Assembly: GCA_009103225.1 (NCBI GenBank)
Contig: RHPI01003020.1
Span: forward strand, 16,481 to 80,480
From: Chlorokybus atmophyticus
Taxonomy: Eukaryota; Plantae; Mesostigma and Chlorokybus algae
Direction of reading: 5' to 3'
DNA: 64,000 nucleotides
Position numbers and translations under genes: made by a program. Under the pieces are notes generated by a model. The model was given only the letters and a program-made list of their open reading frames with translations. It did no database searches and was not told where the DNA came from. Of the stretch, positions 25,724 to 37,065 are shown piece by piece (position 1 is the stretch's first letter; the number at the start of each line of letters is the position of its first letter).

Positions 25724-27766
25724 TGTTAAAGGTATTACATGGGTGATGCTTGTATCCGGTCAGCTTGCCCTTCATACAGAAGTCGAGGGTCGAAGGTACC
25801 ATGAAGAAGCGCGTGGACTCTAGAATTAGCAAGTCGGTCGAGTCATGACGGACTCTGGACCAGGCTGCTTGGTAGAGCCTTGGGAGAAATCGCGTAGCTT
25901 CGTGGACACGTAAGCTTAGCAGGCGTGGCTTAGCTTGCTGGAAAGCTAGTTGTGAGCTAGACAGCGTAGCTTACAGAACAGCAATCGGCGGAGTATAGCG
26001 CACGCGATGCTTGCCAATGTAGACGTGTGTAGGGACTGGCGGGGTATAAAGCCCAGACTTGTTGCAATGAAGATAAGAGGTCACGATGTAGCATGTGTGC
26101 GGATGCTATGGCGGCAGTAGCAGTCGTGCTCTTGTATTGATGTTGTTGGCGTGTCATTTGCACGTGTGTATGTCAACAGGTTATGGGCCCACACATGCTT
26201 GTGTAGGTTGATGGAGTGTGTTACAATTATATGTGTAGCTGTAGTTGCTTTGTGGTAGTGTGGGGTTGTGAGGTCTGCGAGCAGAGAGGGCAACCAACCA
26301 AGGCCACCACCATGGACGGCTCGAAGATCGCGATTGGACTACTGGACGTTGACAACTACAACACTTGGAGTGTAAAGATGGAGCTACTACTGGCCCACAA
26401 GGAGATGCGAAAGTACATGGACCAAGAAGAGGAGATAATGGAGATCTTCTGGTGACTGAAGAAGAGTACGTGAAGTACTTGGAAGAGGAAGCGTTCTTGA
26501 TACGTGGGAGCTAAAGATGTCAGCTCGTGTTGCTGAGAGTGCGAGGAATACTTGGTGAAGCGTGGTGAAGCGCTTTAAGGAATGCGAGAGGCAACCCGTG
26601 GTAAGCACATTGATGTGCTTGGTGGAAGGAAGGAGAGCAGATGGCAACCCTTAAGGTCGAGCACGGTGGAGTGTTTGATGGACCTTCCGAAAAGGGGAGC
26701 GAGGGCAGTCCTTGAGGAAGCACGGTAAAGTGCTTGGTACTTTGGTTGAAGCATGTGGAGTGCTTGGCTGAAGGTGCATGCGAGGAAGCGTGATGAGCAT
26801 CCTGGAAGCGTGATCACTTGGCTGGACATGGAGCATCCTGGAGGCGTGAAGCTTGGAGGCTATACGCAGAAGCATGTTGACATGGACATGAAGATGGCCA
26901 TGGTGTGTGCAAGGTTGCTGCATTGACAAGGGTGGTTGAGGATGGAGTTGCAAGATACCACAAGGTCATGAGCAACAAAGAGGCACAAGTAGGTTGCGAT
27001 TGCGGAGTCCGTGGGAGCTGCAAGTGGTGGAAAGCAAGTTGACTAGAGGAGTCATAGGCTGATACCGAAGGCGGAGGCACTGTCAACAAGGACAGATGCA
27101 GCGGGTGCATGAAGGCAACATGTATGTACAGCAAGGAGCAAGGTTGGTGGTCAACCATGAGGCTCGAGTTGCTGTGGAAGTGAATGACTACAAGGTCATC
27201 CATGTGAAGCATGGAGGCGTGAGAAAGAAGGTGAAGGCTTGCGTGAAAGCAAGCGATGTGCGTGAGTAATGGAGGCGCTTATGTTGAAGGACAAGCTGCC
27301 CACGTGGGAGTGTTGAAGGTATTACATGGGTGATGCTTGTATCCGGTCAGCTTGCCCTTTATACAGGAGTCGAGGGTCGAAGGTACCAGGAAGAAGCGCG
27401 TGGACTCCAGACTAGCAAGACGGTCAAGTCATGACGGACTCCGGACCAGGCTGCTTGGTAGAGCCTTGGGAGAAATCACGTAGCTTCATGGATACGTAAG
27501 CTTAGCAGGCGTGGCTTAGCTTGCTGGAAAGCTCTGATTGTGAGCTAGATAGCGTGGCTTACAGAACAGCAATCGGCGGAGTATAGCGCACGCGGTGCTT
27601 GCCAATGTAGACGTGTGTAGAGACTAGCGGGGTATAAAGCCCAGACTTGTTGCAATGAAGATAAGAGGTCACGATGTAGCATGTGTGCGGATGCTATGGC
27701 GGCAGTAGCAGTCATGCTCTTGGGCTGATGTTGTTGGCGTGTCACTTGCACGTGTGTATGTTAACA
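25724..27766 (+). mobile_element. Non-autonomous copia-derived LTR element F (2043 bp), nested in Gypsy E
   Basis: LTRs 25724-26178 and 27311-27766; PBS 26179-26191; PPT GTGGGAG at 27304-27310; perfect TSD CGAGC. Only a gag N-terminus (LDVDNYNTWSVKMELLL) remains, with no pol. Confidence 0.93.
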
Positions 27767-28265
27767 CGAGCAACAACGGTGCTGGAGGTCGGAGTGGTCA
27801 ATGGCAGATGGGAAGCCTACATGGCAGGGATCTCAAGGGTTCCCACCATCACCCACGACATAAGAGCGCGGCTCCTGCGCGCAGTGTATTCACAGCCCAT
27901 GCCTCAGAATGACTGTTGGAGTGACGTGGTCAACAGCCCAACAGCCACATGGGAAGATACACTGGTCAGGGAGGCAGCTCATGCAGTACGCTAAACTTAT
28001 GTGGAAAAGCAGGCTGCACGGGAGGCGCGCCCACAAACACCTGGTTCTCCAGGGTTTACCCAACAGCCACTGGCTACTCCGCCAGAAATAACCCCAGCCA
28101 CACAGAGGCGCAATCCCCCTTGCGCCACAACCTGGGCATCCACAGGCAGCACCGCTAGCACCTAGGCCACAGCGTGTTTATCAACGGCCAAGACAAGGAC
28201 GGTTTGGGCCAGACCGCGGTCAAAGAGGTTCTCACGACCTAGCTGGTCGAGGGGCGCTTGCCGCA

Positions 28266-28934
28266 TTGTGCTCGATACCACCGGAAGAGACTGCAGCAGC
28301 AGTCACCCCACGCACATGCTATCGACGATTCAAGCGGCTGCGCATCCACGCGAACGCAGCCATTATCGCCAACCAAGGCAAGCATGTTACTATTAATGGA
28401 CGAGCACCCAAGCGGGTGATGCTAGACTCTGGAGCCCAGCCTGTCATCATCAAATGTTACCTCGCACGTGACCTTAGCATCACCAGCGCTGAGCTAATAT
28501 CGTGCCCATACGTGCTCGACACAGCAACTGGCACCAGTAACCAGGTGATTGGCATCACCAAGCAAGCCCTCTGCATTCGCTTGACAGGAGTGCACCCGTC
28601 CCACAGCACCAAGGTCATACAGGAGTGTGTGGTCACCGACGCAGGATCCTTCGACCTGTTGTTGGGACGAGACTTTAACTTCCCTGTTGGTATGGGGCTG
28701 GACTGCTGGACAGAGAAGGCGTGGTTTTGTCCTCATTGGGATCAGGAGGATGGAGAGGTTCAAGTATATTTGCCTCTCGAGCTGGTGGCTCGCGCTCGCT
28801 CCCATCGGAGGTTACCTGCAACAGCCACCAATAGGTTGTTGTCGTCAACTACTAACAGGTCAACTGCGACAGCCACCCACAGGTTGAGTTCGACAACCAT
28901 ACAGATCATCTGCGATGGTCACCCACAACTCTAA
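28266..28934 (+). pseudogene. Gypsy E aspartic protease region
   Basis: RVMLDSGAQPVII (D at 28425) ... FDLLLGRDF. Confidence 0.8.
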
Positions 28935-29160
28935 CCAAGACTCACCTATCCCATACGACGAGTCTCAGAAAAATGCCACCGAATAAGTGGCCCACCAGAA
29001 ACCAGCACAACGCCGCTGGCGCGCACAGATGGTCGCACATCAACTACTGACCAGACCACGGCTCACATCATGGTTCCCTCTCTACAAGGACCAAGTTGCG
29101 GTCCAGGAGCAACACCAGGTGGCTACTGGAATAGTGGAGTTTCACGAATTTCGTCGACAA

Positions 29161-29511
29161 CAAGGCATCATCGTGTTGAAAGTACTTGGAGGAATAAGTA
29201 GTGGCCTCGCCGCTGTCCTCAACACCGGCGTGACGGTCACCAAGTACTTCTACTGTGACCCTGATCCACACGCACAAATTGCCCTGGGCCACCACCTGCG
29301 CCACCTACACAAATGCTACCCGCAGCGACTGCCGCTGTCGGCACTGCAAGGCAGTCTGAAGGCACTGCTACAAGACACTCATATTATCACTACCAATCAC
29401 CTCCTGGCGGTGGGCAACATCGACCTACTTATAGCAGGATGGGAGTGTCAAGGACACTCAAGAGCAGGCAGCGGCCAAGGACTCGCTGATCCTCGCTCAC
29501 GATTGTTTTAG
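29161..29511 (+). pseudogene. Cytosine-C5 DNA methyltransferase domain (N-terminal half, motifs I-V) inside the Gypsy polyprotein
   Basis: Motif I-like IVLKVLGGISSGLAAVL; motif II-like YFYCDPD; motif III-like LLQDT; motif IV IDLLIAGWECQGHSRAG (Cys at 29446); GLADPRSRLF*EL. Cut at 29522 by copia D. Confidence 0.82.
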
Positions 29512-30679
29512 GAACTGATGCTGTTAATTAGAGATGCTGCATGCAACCATGCACAACAAGCATACACAGCACAGTGGTAAGAGCAGAGCTACACCGCCAG
29601 CAAAGTGACCAGAGAAGTGGACTCACTCAATAACCCGCGGCCTGTCGGCTCTGGGCCCTCAGTCTGGGTCTTACCAAAGATCAGACAAGACTGTACCAGT
29701 CCTAACTGCCTGCAACCTACACATACAACTACAGTCTACGAGTAGCTTATCAAGTACCAGCTTAATAAGCTACAATCGGGCTAGCTAAGCTGACTGGATT
29801 ATAGCATATAAGTGTTATAATTCTAGCAGTTTTCTAAGCCACAATGCCTTTTTCGACGCTGCTGCAGAGGCCATGTACTGTTCTTGTAGTGGAAGCTGCC
29901 ACTGTCGGTTGCAGCTTACTGTTCCAGTTAACCACTCCACCATTCAGCTTGAAGACATATCCAGTGGTTGACCTTCTGGTATCTAGGTCACCAGCATAAT
30001 CCGCATCACAGTAGCCTTGCAACTCTTGGTTGCCCCGCCCATACTGGATGCCAAGTGTTGCTGTCCTTGACAAGTAGCGTAATACTCCTTTTGCTGCCAG
30101 CCAATGCTGCATTGTTGGAGCAGACATGTACCTTGCCAATTGTCCCACAGCATGTGCAATGTCGGGCCGAGACGCTATGGACAGGTAGAGAAGGCTCCCC
30201 ATAAGCTCGCAGTAGGGATGCTTTGCCTTGTCCAGCTCTTCATTACTGTCCAGTGCTCTCACCAACTGAACTCCCACGCTCAGTGGCACCTTTCTGACAA
30301 TTGCGTTGTCAAGACCAAACTTTGTCACCAACTGCTTCACCGCTTGCTCTTGCGAAATGGTGATGGTTCCAGCAGCTCTTGTTCTAGCGACAACCATACT
30401 CAAGAAGTATGTTGTCTCGCCCAAAACTCTGCACTCAAACACAGCCTGCAGCTTGGTCTTCACTCGCTGCACCCCTGACATTCCTGACGCTGCAATCAGA
30501 ATGTCGTCCACATACACTAACAGCCACACTTGCTTGCTCTCGTGGTAAAACAAGCTCGGATCTGCCAAACTTGCAGTAAACCCCTGCTTCGAGAGCTCCT
30601 TGCTCAGTTTTGCACGCCACACCCGTGGTGCCTGCTTCAAGCCATGCAATGCCTTCGCCAATCTGCATGTTGTACCAGG

Positions 30680-31148
30680 TGTTGAGATTCGGACACTACT
30701 GACCATGCATGGAGTTGGTGCAAGCACAAGTACACACACTCTACCAGAGCATACACACAAGGCTGATCCAAAAGGCTTTCTAAGGATTACAACAAAGTCA
30801 CACCGCGGGCTTTTATACCCGCCAGTTCTGCACCTGTCTACTCTAGAAGCCACCACGACTTCTACACTCAACCAATTCCTGCGCTCTAAGTTGCACCACG
30901 TAGCTACTTTCAAGAGCTTTCCAACAAGCTATGACACACGCCATACAATGACGTAACCACCGAGCTACAACGTTTCTTCTACAGCGCCTGGAAGTCTCCG
31001 GACTCCGGACTCGACTCCGCGCCTGGAACCTTCTCGACTGAAGTCCTCGCCTGGATCTTTCTCGACTGGAACCTTCTCGCGCCTGAATCTTCTCGCGGCT
31101 ACTCTTATCCACAGGGCAAGCTGACCGGATACAAGAATATCCTCAACA
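30680..31148 (-). mobile_element. Solo LTR, 469 bp, TSD CCAGG, inserted in the RT of copia D
   Basis: TGTTGAG...CTCAACA. CCAGG at 30675-30679 and 31149-31153. Removing it restores YQEGPPG-TTCRLAKAL. Confidence 0.95.
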
Positions 31149-32616
31149 CCAGGTGGCCCCTCCTGATACCCTCTTGGTTGCTGAATGTAGATTCTCTCTT
31201 CCAGCTCCCCATACAAAAATGCCGTCTTGACATCCCAAGTGATGGAACTCAAGGTTGTCTGCTGACACAACTGCCACCATAGCTCTGAAGGTTGCCAACT
31301 TCCCCGCCGGTGCAAACACCTTATTGAAGTCAACTCCTTCTTGCTGCAGAAACCCTTTGGCAACCAATCTGGCCTTGTACCATTTGATATTACCATTGCG
31401 GTCCCTCTTCACCTTAAACACCCACTTGACAGGATTAGGCTTGACCCCTGCAGGTGAAACTTTCATTTCCTATGTTGCATTGGCATGCAGCGAGGCTATC
31501 TTCTCATCCATTGCCTGACGCCAACTGTCTGCATCAGTCGTCAGGAGTGCTTCTTCATATGTCGCTGACTCCACACTCTGTGAATCTGAGCCCGCCATAT
31601 AGCCAAACTCCTTATGGAAATGAACAGGACCCTTCCTGTCGTGCCCAGGATAATGCCCCCTACCTTGCTGTTGGTTTTGCTGCTGCTGATGACTCCTCTC
31701 AGCTCTGCGCGCAGCGCTGCTTACTTTCTTAGAGCTGAGCTCCCTTTCTAAATCAGCGCTGCTCACTGTCCACCAAATATAAAACAGCTGAACTAGACTC
31801 TGGCTGTTGTTGATCATCATCAGTGTCTTTATCTTCTGATGAATCGCTATTACTAATCTCCTGCAGCTGCCGTGCTCCCACGGCTTAATGGAATACAACT
31901 TTTCTGCTGATCACAATCTTCTGTGTATCCTCCAGCAGCACCTTATAAGCGTTAGAGTCTGGCTCATAGCTAACGAAGACACCTTCCTTGCTGACCGGGT
32001 CTAGCTTCTTCCTTTGCTGCTTGGGTGTCAACACATATGCAGTGCAGCCAAACACTCGCATGTTGCTAACGTCTGGAGCCTTTAAGAAGAACAGCTCCCA
32101 CGGAGTCTTCGCTTGAGCACGCACTGGCAATCTATTCTTGATATAGTTGGCTGTCAAGACCGCTTCTGCCCACCAGCAGTACTCAAACTTTGCATTACTC
32201 ATCATGGCCCTCACTCTTTCCATCAAAGTCAAGATTTAGCCTCTCTGCTGCACCATTCTGCTGCGGTGTGCACTGGGCGTTTGTCTGATGCACAATGCCT
32301 TGTGAAGACCAGAATGCAGCTCCTTGATCAGGTACTCCCCTCCTCTGTCACATCTGACTGTGTTCACAGATTTACCAGACACATTCTTCAACCACAGTTC
32401 AACCACCTCTTTCACCACAGCTGGGACATCTGACTTGAGCTTTACAGGACGCACCAATAACAGCTTGGAGAAGTCATTAAGGAAGGTGACAATGTAGGAT
32501 GCTCCCCCCTTTGATGGCTCTGGTAACGGACCACACACATCTGTGTGCACCGACTGTCCAACATGCTCGCTGACGCTCTCGGACTTATGAAAAAGTTGCC
32601 TATGCATCTTGGACAG

Positions 32617-33148
32617 TGTTGAGATCCGGACTAGCCCACTCGGCTAGCCTCGCGCGAGGCTAGCCGAGTGGGCTAGTCCGGATTTCAACAAAAGGTGGGG
32701 CCCTGCGACCCGGCCGTTTTAAGGCCTGTTATTGTTCAATTCACCTCCCCCCGATGAAGAGCCCCTCGCGCGAGGCTAGCCGAGTGGGCTAGTCCGGATT
32801 TCAACAAAAGGTGCTGCCCTAGCGACCTGAGTTCAAGTCCCACCGGACGCACTGCAAAATGGCAGTGAGAGAGAGCCCGATTTTTGGCACTGCTCCATAA
32901 TTCGGAGCGTCAAGTGAAGCCGCCGCAGTAGCTCGCGCGCTCGTTGTAAGACAGCCAGTGACGGAGGCTACCGCGCGCCAAGCACGCTTAGGGACAGGCC
33001 GCTGCTTGACGCGGGGGGAGGTGAATTGAACAATAAAAGGCCTTAAAACGGCCGGGTCGCAGGGCCCCACCTTTTGTTGAAATTCGGACTAGCCCACTCG
33101 GCTAGCCTCGCGCGGTGCTAGCCGAGTGGGCTAGTCCGGATCTCAACA
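32617..33148. mobile_element. 532-bp non-autonomous element with ~139-bp TIRs whose ends are 74-bp palindromes; TSD GACAG
   Basis: TGTTGAGATCCGGAC...GTCCGGATCTCAACA. GACAG at 32612-32616 and 33149-33153. It splits the CEPCVLS|KMHRQ motif of copia D. Confidence 0.93.
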
Positions 33149-35053
33149 GACAGCACACATGGCTCGCACAACACACCTCTGAACTGTTTGACATGCGCTT
33201 GCTCACATTGATGCCTCTTACTAGATTTTCAGCCAACAGATGATGAAGGTTGTCATACCCAAGGTGTCCAAACCTTCGATGCTAAAGTTCAGCTGACTTA
33301 GGGACTGTCGCCACCAGTGCCTTGTTGGTCTCAGCTTTTTCTATCAGGTAGAGCCTGTCCTGCTGTTCCCTCGTGATGAGACACACCTTGCCATCAACAC
33401 GCAGACAGACCTCTGCTCCTTTTCCTGATAGATCAGCTCCAGCCTTCAACGCAACCTTCATGGAGAAGAGGCTAGCCTGTGCACGTAGGACATGAAGAAC
33501 CTTCTCCAGCTCCACCCTGTACACACCTTCTCCCACCTTGCATTGAAGCACTGCCTGGCCTGTACCCGCTACCTCCAAGCTCCCACCCAACACCTCCACA
33601 GTGCGGGGACTTGTCTGCACCTTGTAGTTCTGTAGCAGCCCAACATCCGGAGTAGGATGCTGCGTACAACCAGAATCGAACACCCACCCGGACATCTGTC
33701 TTTCTATGGATGCTGTGAAGGCAACTGCTCCACCCACTCCTCTCTGTCCACTCTATAAATTGCCCTTTGCTGATCTCAGCTGCTGACAATAACTCTTCCT
33801 GTGCCCAACTTGGTCGTAATGGAAGCATTTCCCTTGAAAGGCTTCTTCTGCTTCTTCCAATCTCCACTCCTGTTGCCATTGTTGTTGTTGCTTGTACCAG
33901 CTCCTCCAGATGACTGCGCTCAAGCAGTGAACGCACTGAACTCTCCATCACCCTCGTTGCCTTTGATCCTTAATTCTGCCTTCAACAGGATTGGCAAAAT
34001 CTCTTCGAAGAACATCTTATGATTGGTACTGATACCCTCCAACATGATCACAACAATCTCAAACTCTCGTGGCAACCCTGACAACACATTCAAGCACAGA
34101 TCATCCTCTGAGACTAAATCTCCTATAGAGGTCAAATCATTCTTGAGCTTTTGTGCACGTCCCAAATACTCTGTAACTGTCTCACTAGCAAGCTTCCTCA
34201 TGTTGTTGAACGCTTGCTTGAGCTCAATCTTACAACCAACAGAGCGTGTAGAGAACATATTTTCCAAAGCTTCCCATGCATGCTTGGCATCAGACTGCAT
34301 TTGTAGTAGTGGCCTATGAAATGGCTCAACATGCATACTCATCAAAGCCAAAGCAAGCAAACTGCTTCGCATCCATGCAGACTCGTTACCAATTGGCGCA
34401 CTCCCCTTTGGGTCAACGTAGTCCCACACCTCCTTGTAGATGAGCTTCATCTTTATCGCAAAGCTCCAGCTGGCGTAGTTGTCGTCTCCCAAAGGTTTGA
34501 TGGTGAACTTCTCCTTCTCCAATCCAGCGGTTGTCATCCTGCTGTCTCCTGCTAGCTGAACTTCATCGCTGAACCCCACAGTCCTCCTGCTTGCTCGATG
34601 TACCTCTCAGACTCCCAGCTAACAGCTCCAACAACCTCACACACAGAGGAGAACACTCTCTCATAGTAGCTAGCTCTACACACGTAGATGTGGGCCCATA
34701 ACCTGTTGACTAAAGATGCTGCATGCAACCATGCACAAAAAGCATACACAGCACAGTGGTAAGAGCTCAGCTACACCGTCAGCAAAGTTGCAAGAGAAGT
34801 GAACTCACTCAATAACTCGCGGTCTGTCGGCTCTGGGCCCTCAGTCTGGGTCCTACCAAAGATCAGACCAGACTGTACCAGTCCTAACTGCCTGCAGCCT
34901 ATACATACAACTGCAGTCTATGAGTAGCTTATTAAGTACCAGTTTAATAAACTACACTAGGGCTAGATAAGCTGACTGGACAATAGCACATAAGTGTCAT
35001 ATGCTACACATGTAGAGAACACTGCATAACATGCTATATTCTCCGCAAGGGGT

Positions 35054-36680
35054 TTGCTGGTACAGCACGATGAGAACAAGAAGGAGCGGGTGGTGTCGTA
35101 TGCCAGCCGAAGCAACAACAGTGTTGAGGCCAGCTATAGCAGCTTCGAGGGGGAGTACCTCACTGCAGTGTGGGCTATCTCCTTCTTCAGAGTTTTCCTT
35201 TTTGGTCGACAATTCCAGCTGATCACCGATTATCAGCTACTCAAGTGGTTGATGACCAACCAACATCTGACAGGGAAACTTGGTCGCTGGGCCCTGTTGC
35301 TGCAGGAGTATGACTTCGAGATCGACCACCGCACCGGCCTCACCAACCAGGACGCCGATGGCCTCAGTCGCAACCCTCACCGCAGTACCAACAATGCAAC
35401 CGGAGCTCGGCACGAGCTCGGCCCCGCAGCAGCAGCTCCCACCGTGGCGGCCATGTTTGCTGTTGCCGCTGTACGGTCAGGGCGCCAGATCAACACCACC
35501 GCCACCTCAATGAAAGAGGAGATTTTTGCCCTTGAGTCTACCGGCCCCACAGTGACCACCCCCCCAGGGGATGTCTACGCGGTTAACATTGAAGTCGACG
35601 ACACCGAGTTGGCACCCACCGACACCAGGCATGACATATGGCTGGACAAGCCATCACTCTCCTTCTTTCAAAGTGGCCAGCTTCCCTCCATGAGTGCACG
35701 AGAGAAAGATCGTGTCAGTCACGCACCCGCCACTATGGATGGGCGGATGATAAGGTGTACCCCCGCGTTCAGGACGAGGACAAGGTGCCAACACCAGCCA
35801 CACGCGAGGGCATAATTACTGCCCTCCACACTGAGCTTGGACACTTCGGCGTTAAGCGTACCGTCAGCCTGGTAAGAGCGCAATATTGGTGGTATAGGCT
35901 GTTCAAACAGGTGCAGGGGTTCGTTGGTCGCTGCCAACAATGTGACATGATACGCGCCAACCTCAACACACGCAGCGCCACCTTGCACCCTCTCCGCATC
36001 CCCATCTCCGGTCTGTTCTATCACTCGGGACTTAACATCTTGGGAGACTTGGCACCCTCGGCACGGGCAACCGCTACATCCTGGTCACAATCCAGCACTT
36101 CTGAAAATGGGTGGAGCTGGTGTCATTACCCGACAAGAGCATCAAGGGGGTGTCTCAAGCCTTCCTCTCCCATGTCCTCAGCCGGTTCGGCAGCTGCGCT
36201 GAGGTCATCACCGACTAGGGCACTGAATTCAAAGGGGAGTTCGACACGCTGCCGGACAGATGCTACATCGATCATCGCCGCACTTTGCGTGACCACCCTC
36301 AAGCCGACGGTCTCGCCGAGCGGACAATACAGACTATTAGGAAGGCACTCCGCAAGTACGTGCTGGAGTATCAGAAGAACACCTGGGACGACCACCTGCC
36401 GTGAGTGACTCTTGGATATCGATTGTCAAAGCAGGCGGCTCTGCGCGAGTACAGCCCATACTACCTGATGTTCGAACGTCCGCCATTGCTTCTTTTTTGT
36501 GCACAGCAGGAAATAGACCATGTCGTGCACAACCTCAACGATCCCGATTGGATGCACCACGACATTATCACACGCGCCACTCTGTTCGAGCACACCGTCC
36601 CAATGGCCTTTAACAACCTGCGCATTGCACAGCACCGCGACACCTTGCGCTACGAGCGTGTGCGGAGCGGCTTCTAAAAG
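35054..36680 (+). pseudogene. pol: Gypsy E RNase H and integrase remnant
   Basis: VVSYASRS...EGEYLTAVWAISFFRVFLFGRQFQLITDYQLLKWL...RWALLLQEYDFEIDHRTG..N..ADGLSR; integrase zinc motif HTELGHFG...CQQC; core remnant; frameshifted. Confidence 0.88.
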
Positions 36681-36930
36681 GAGCATCAACGGCGGTTTCA
36701 AGCAGGGGACTTTGCGTACCGCATGGCAGCCACCAAGGACACGCTCAACACCTCCGTGGGCCGCACCGTCCACAAGGTACTCAAGGTGTACCCCACAGGA
36801 GTGCAGGACCTCTTTGGTCAGAATGGCGAGAGGGTTGAAAGGTAACATGGTGAACTGCGCGCCATGTCACCTTCTTTAAATAGCGGGCTTCGCCCACATC
36901 TAGCACCCTCGCCCCGCCCGCAGCACACGC

Positions 36931-37065
36931 TATGAACGCTGTGGCAGTGCGGGCGACAACGCACTGATGATGCTTTGCGATGGCTGCAACAAGGGCCTGC
37001 ATTGCTACTGTTTGGAGCCCCCATTGAACGTAATACCCATGGAGGAGTACTGGTGCGACGATTGC
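36931..37065 (+). other. PHD finger at the integrase C-terminus of Gypsy E (first Cys mutated to Tyr); not in the supplied ORF track
   Basis: Frame translation YERCGSAGDNALMMLCDGCNKGLHCYCLEPPLNVIPMEEYWCDDC fits the C4-H-C3 spacing, with TAT at the first Cys codon. Confidence 0.88.

Larger units (their letters stand above)
29522..35031 (-). mobile_element. Ty1/copia element D, nested in Gypsy E and hosting a solo LTR and the palindromic element
   Basis: 5' LTR 34704-~35031; PBS 34691-34703; gag DDNYASWSFAIKMK; protease WVFDSG; integrase; RT LLVYVDD; RNase H GYCDADYAGD. The 3' LTR (29522-~29822) is fused directly to a truncated RNase H by an internal deletion. TSDs do not match. Confidence 0.88.

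Noticed and set aside
32617-33148. Repeated palindromic units as a CRISPR array
   Set aside because: The units are inverted, have no unique spacers, are flanked by a TSD, and sit in a eukaryotic context with no cas genes.
2286-37065. RIP-like CpA-to-TpA hypermutation (TG>TA LTR ends, CAG>TAG and TGG>TAG stops)
   Set aside because: Stops and LTR ends are biased toward this context by ascertainment. Differences between the two LTRs of B include CpG, CpA, CpT and CpC transitions as well as transversions.
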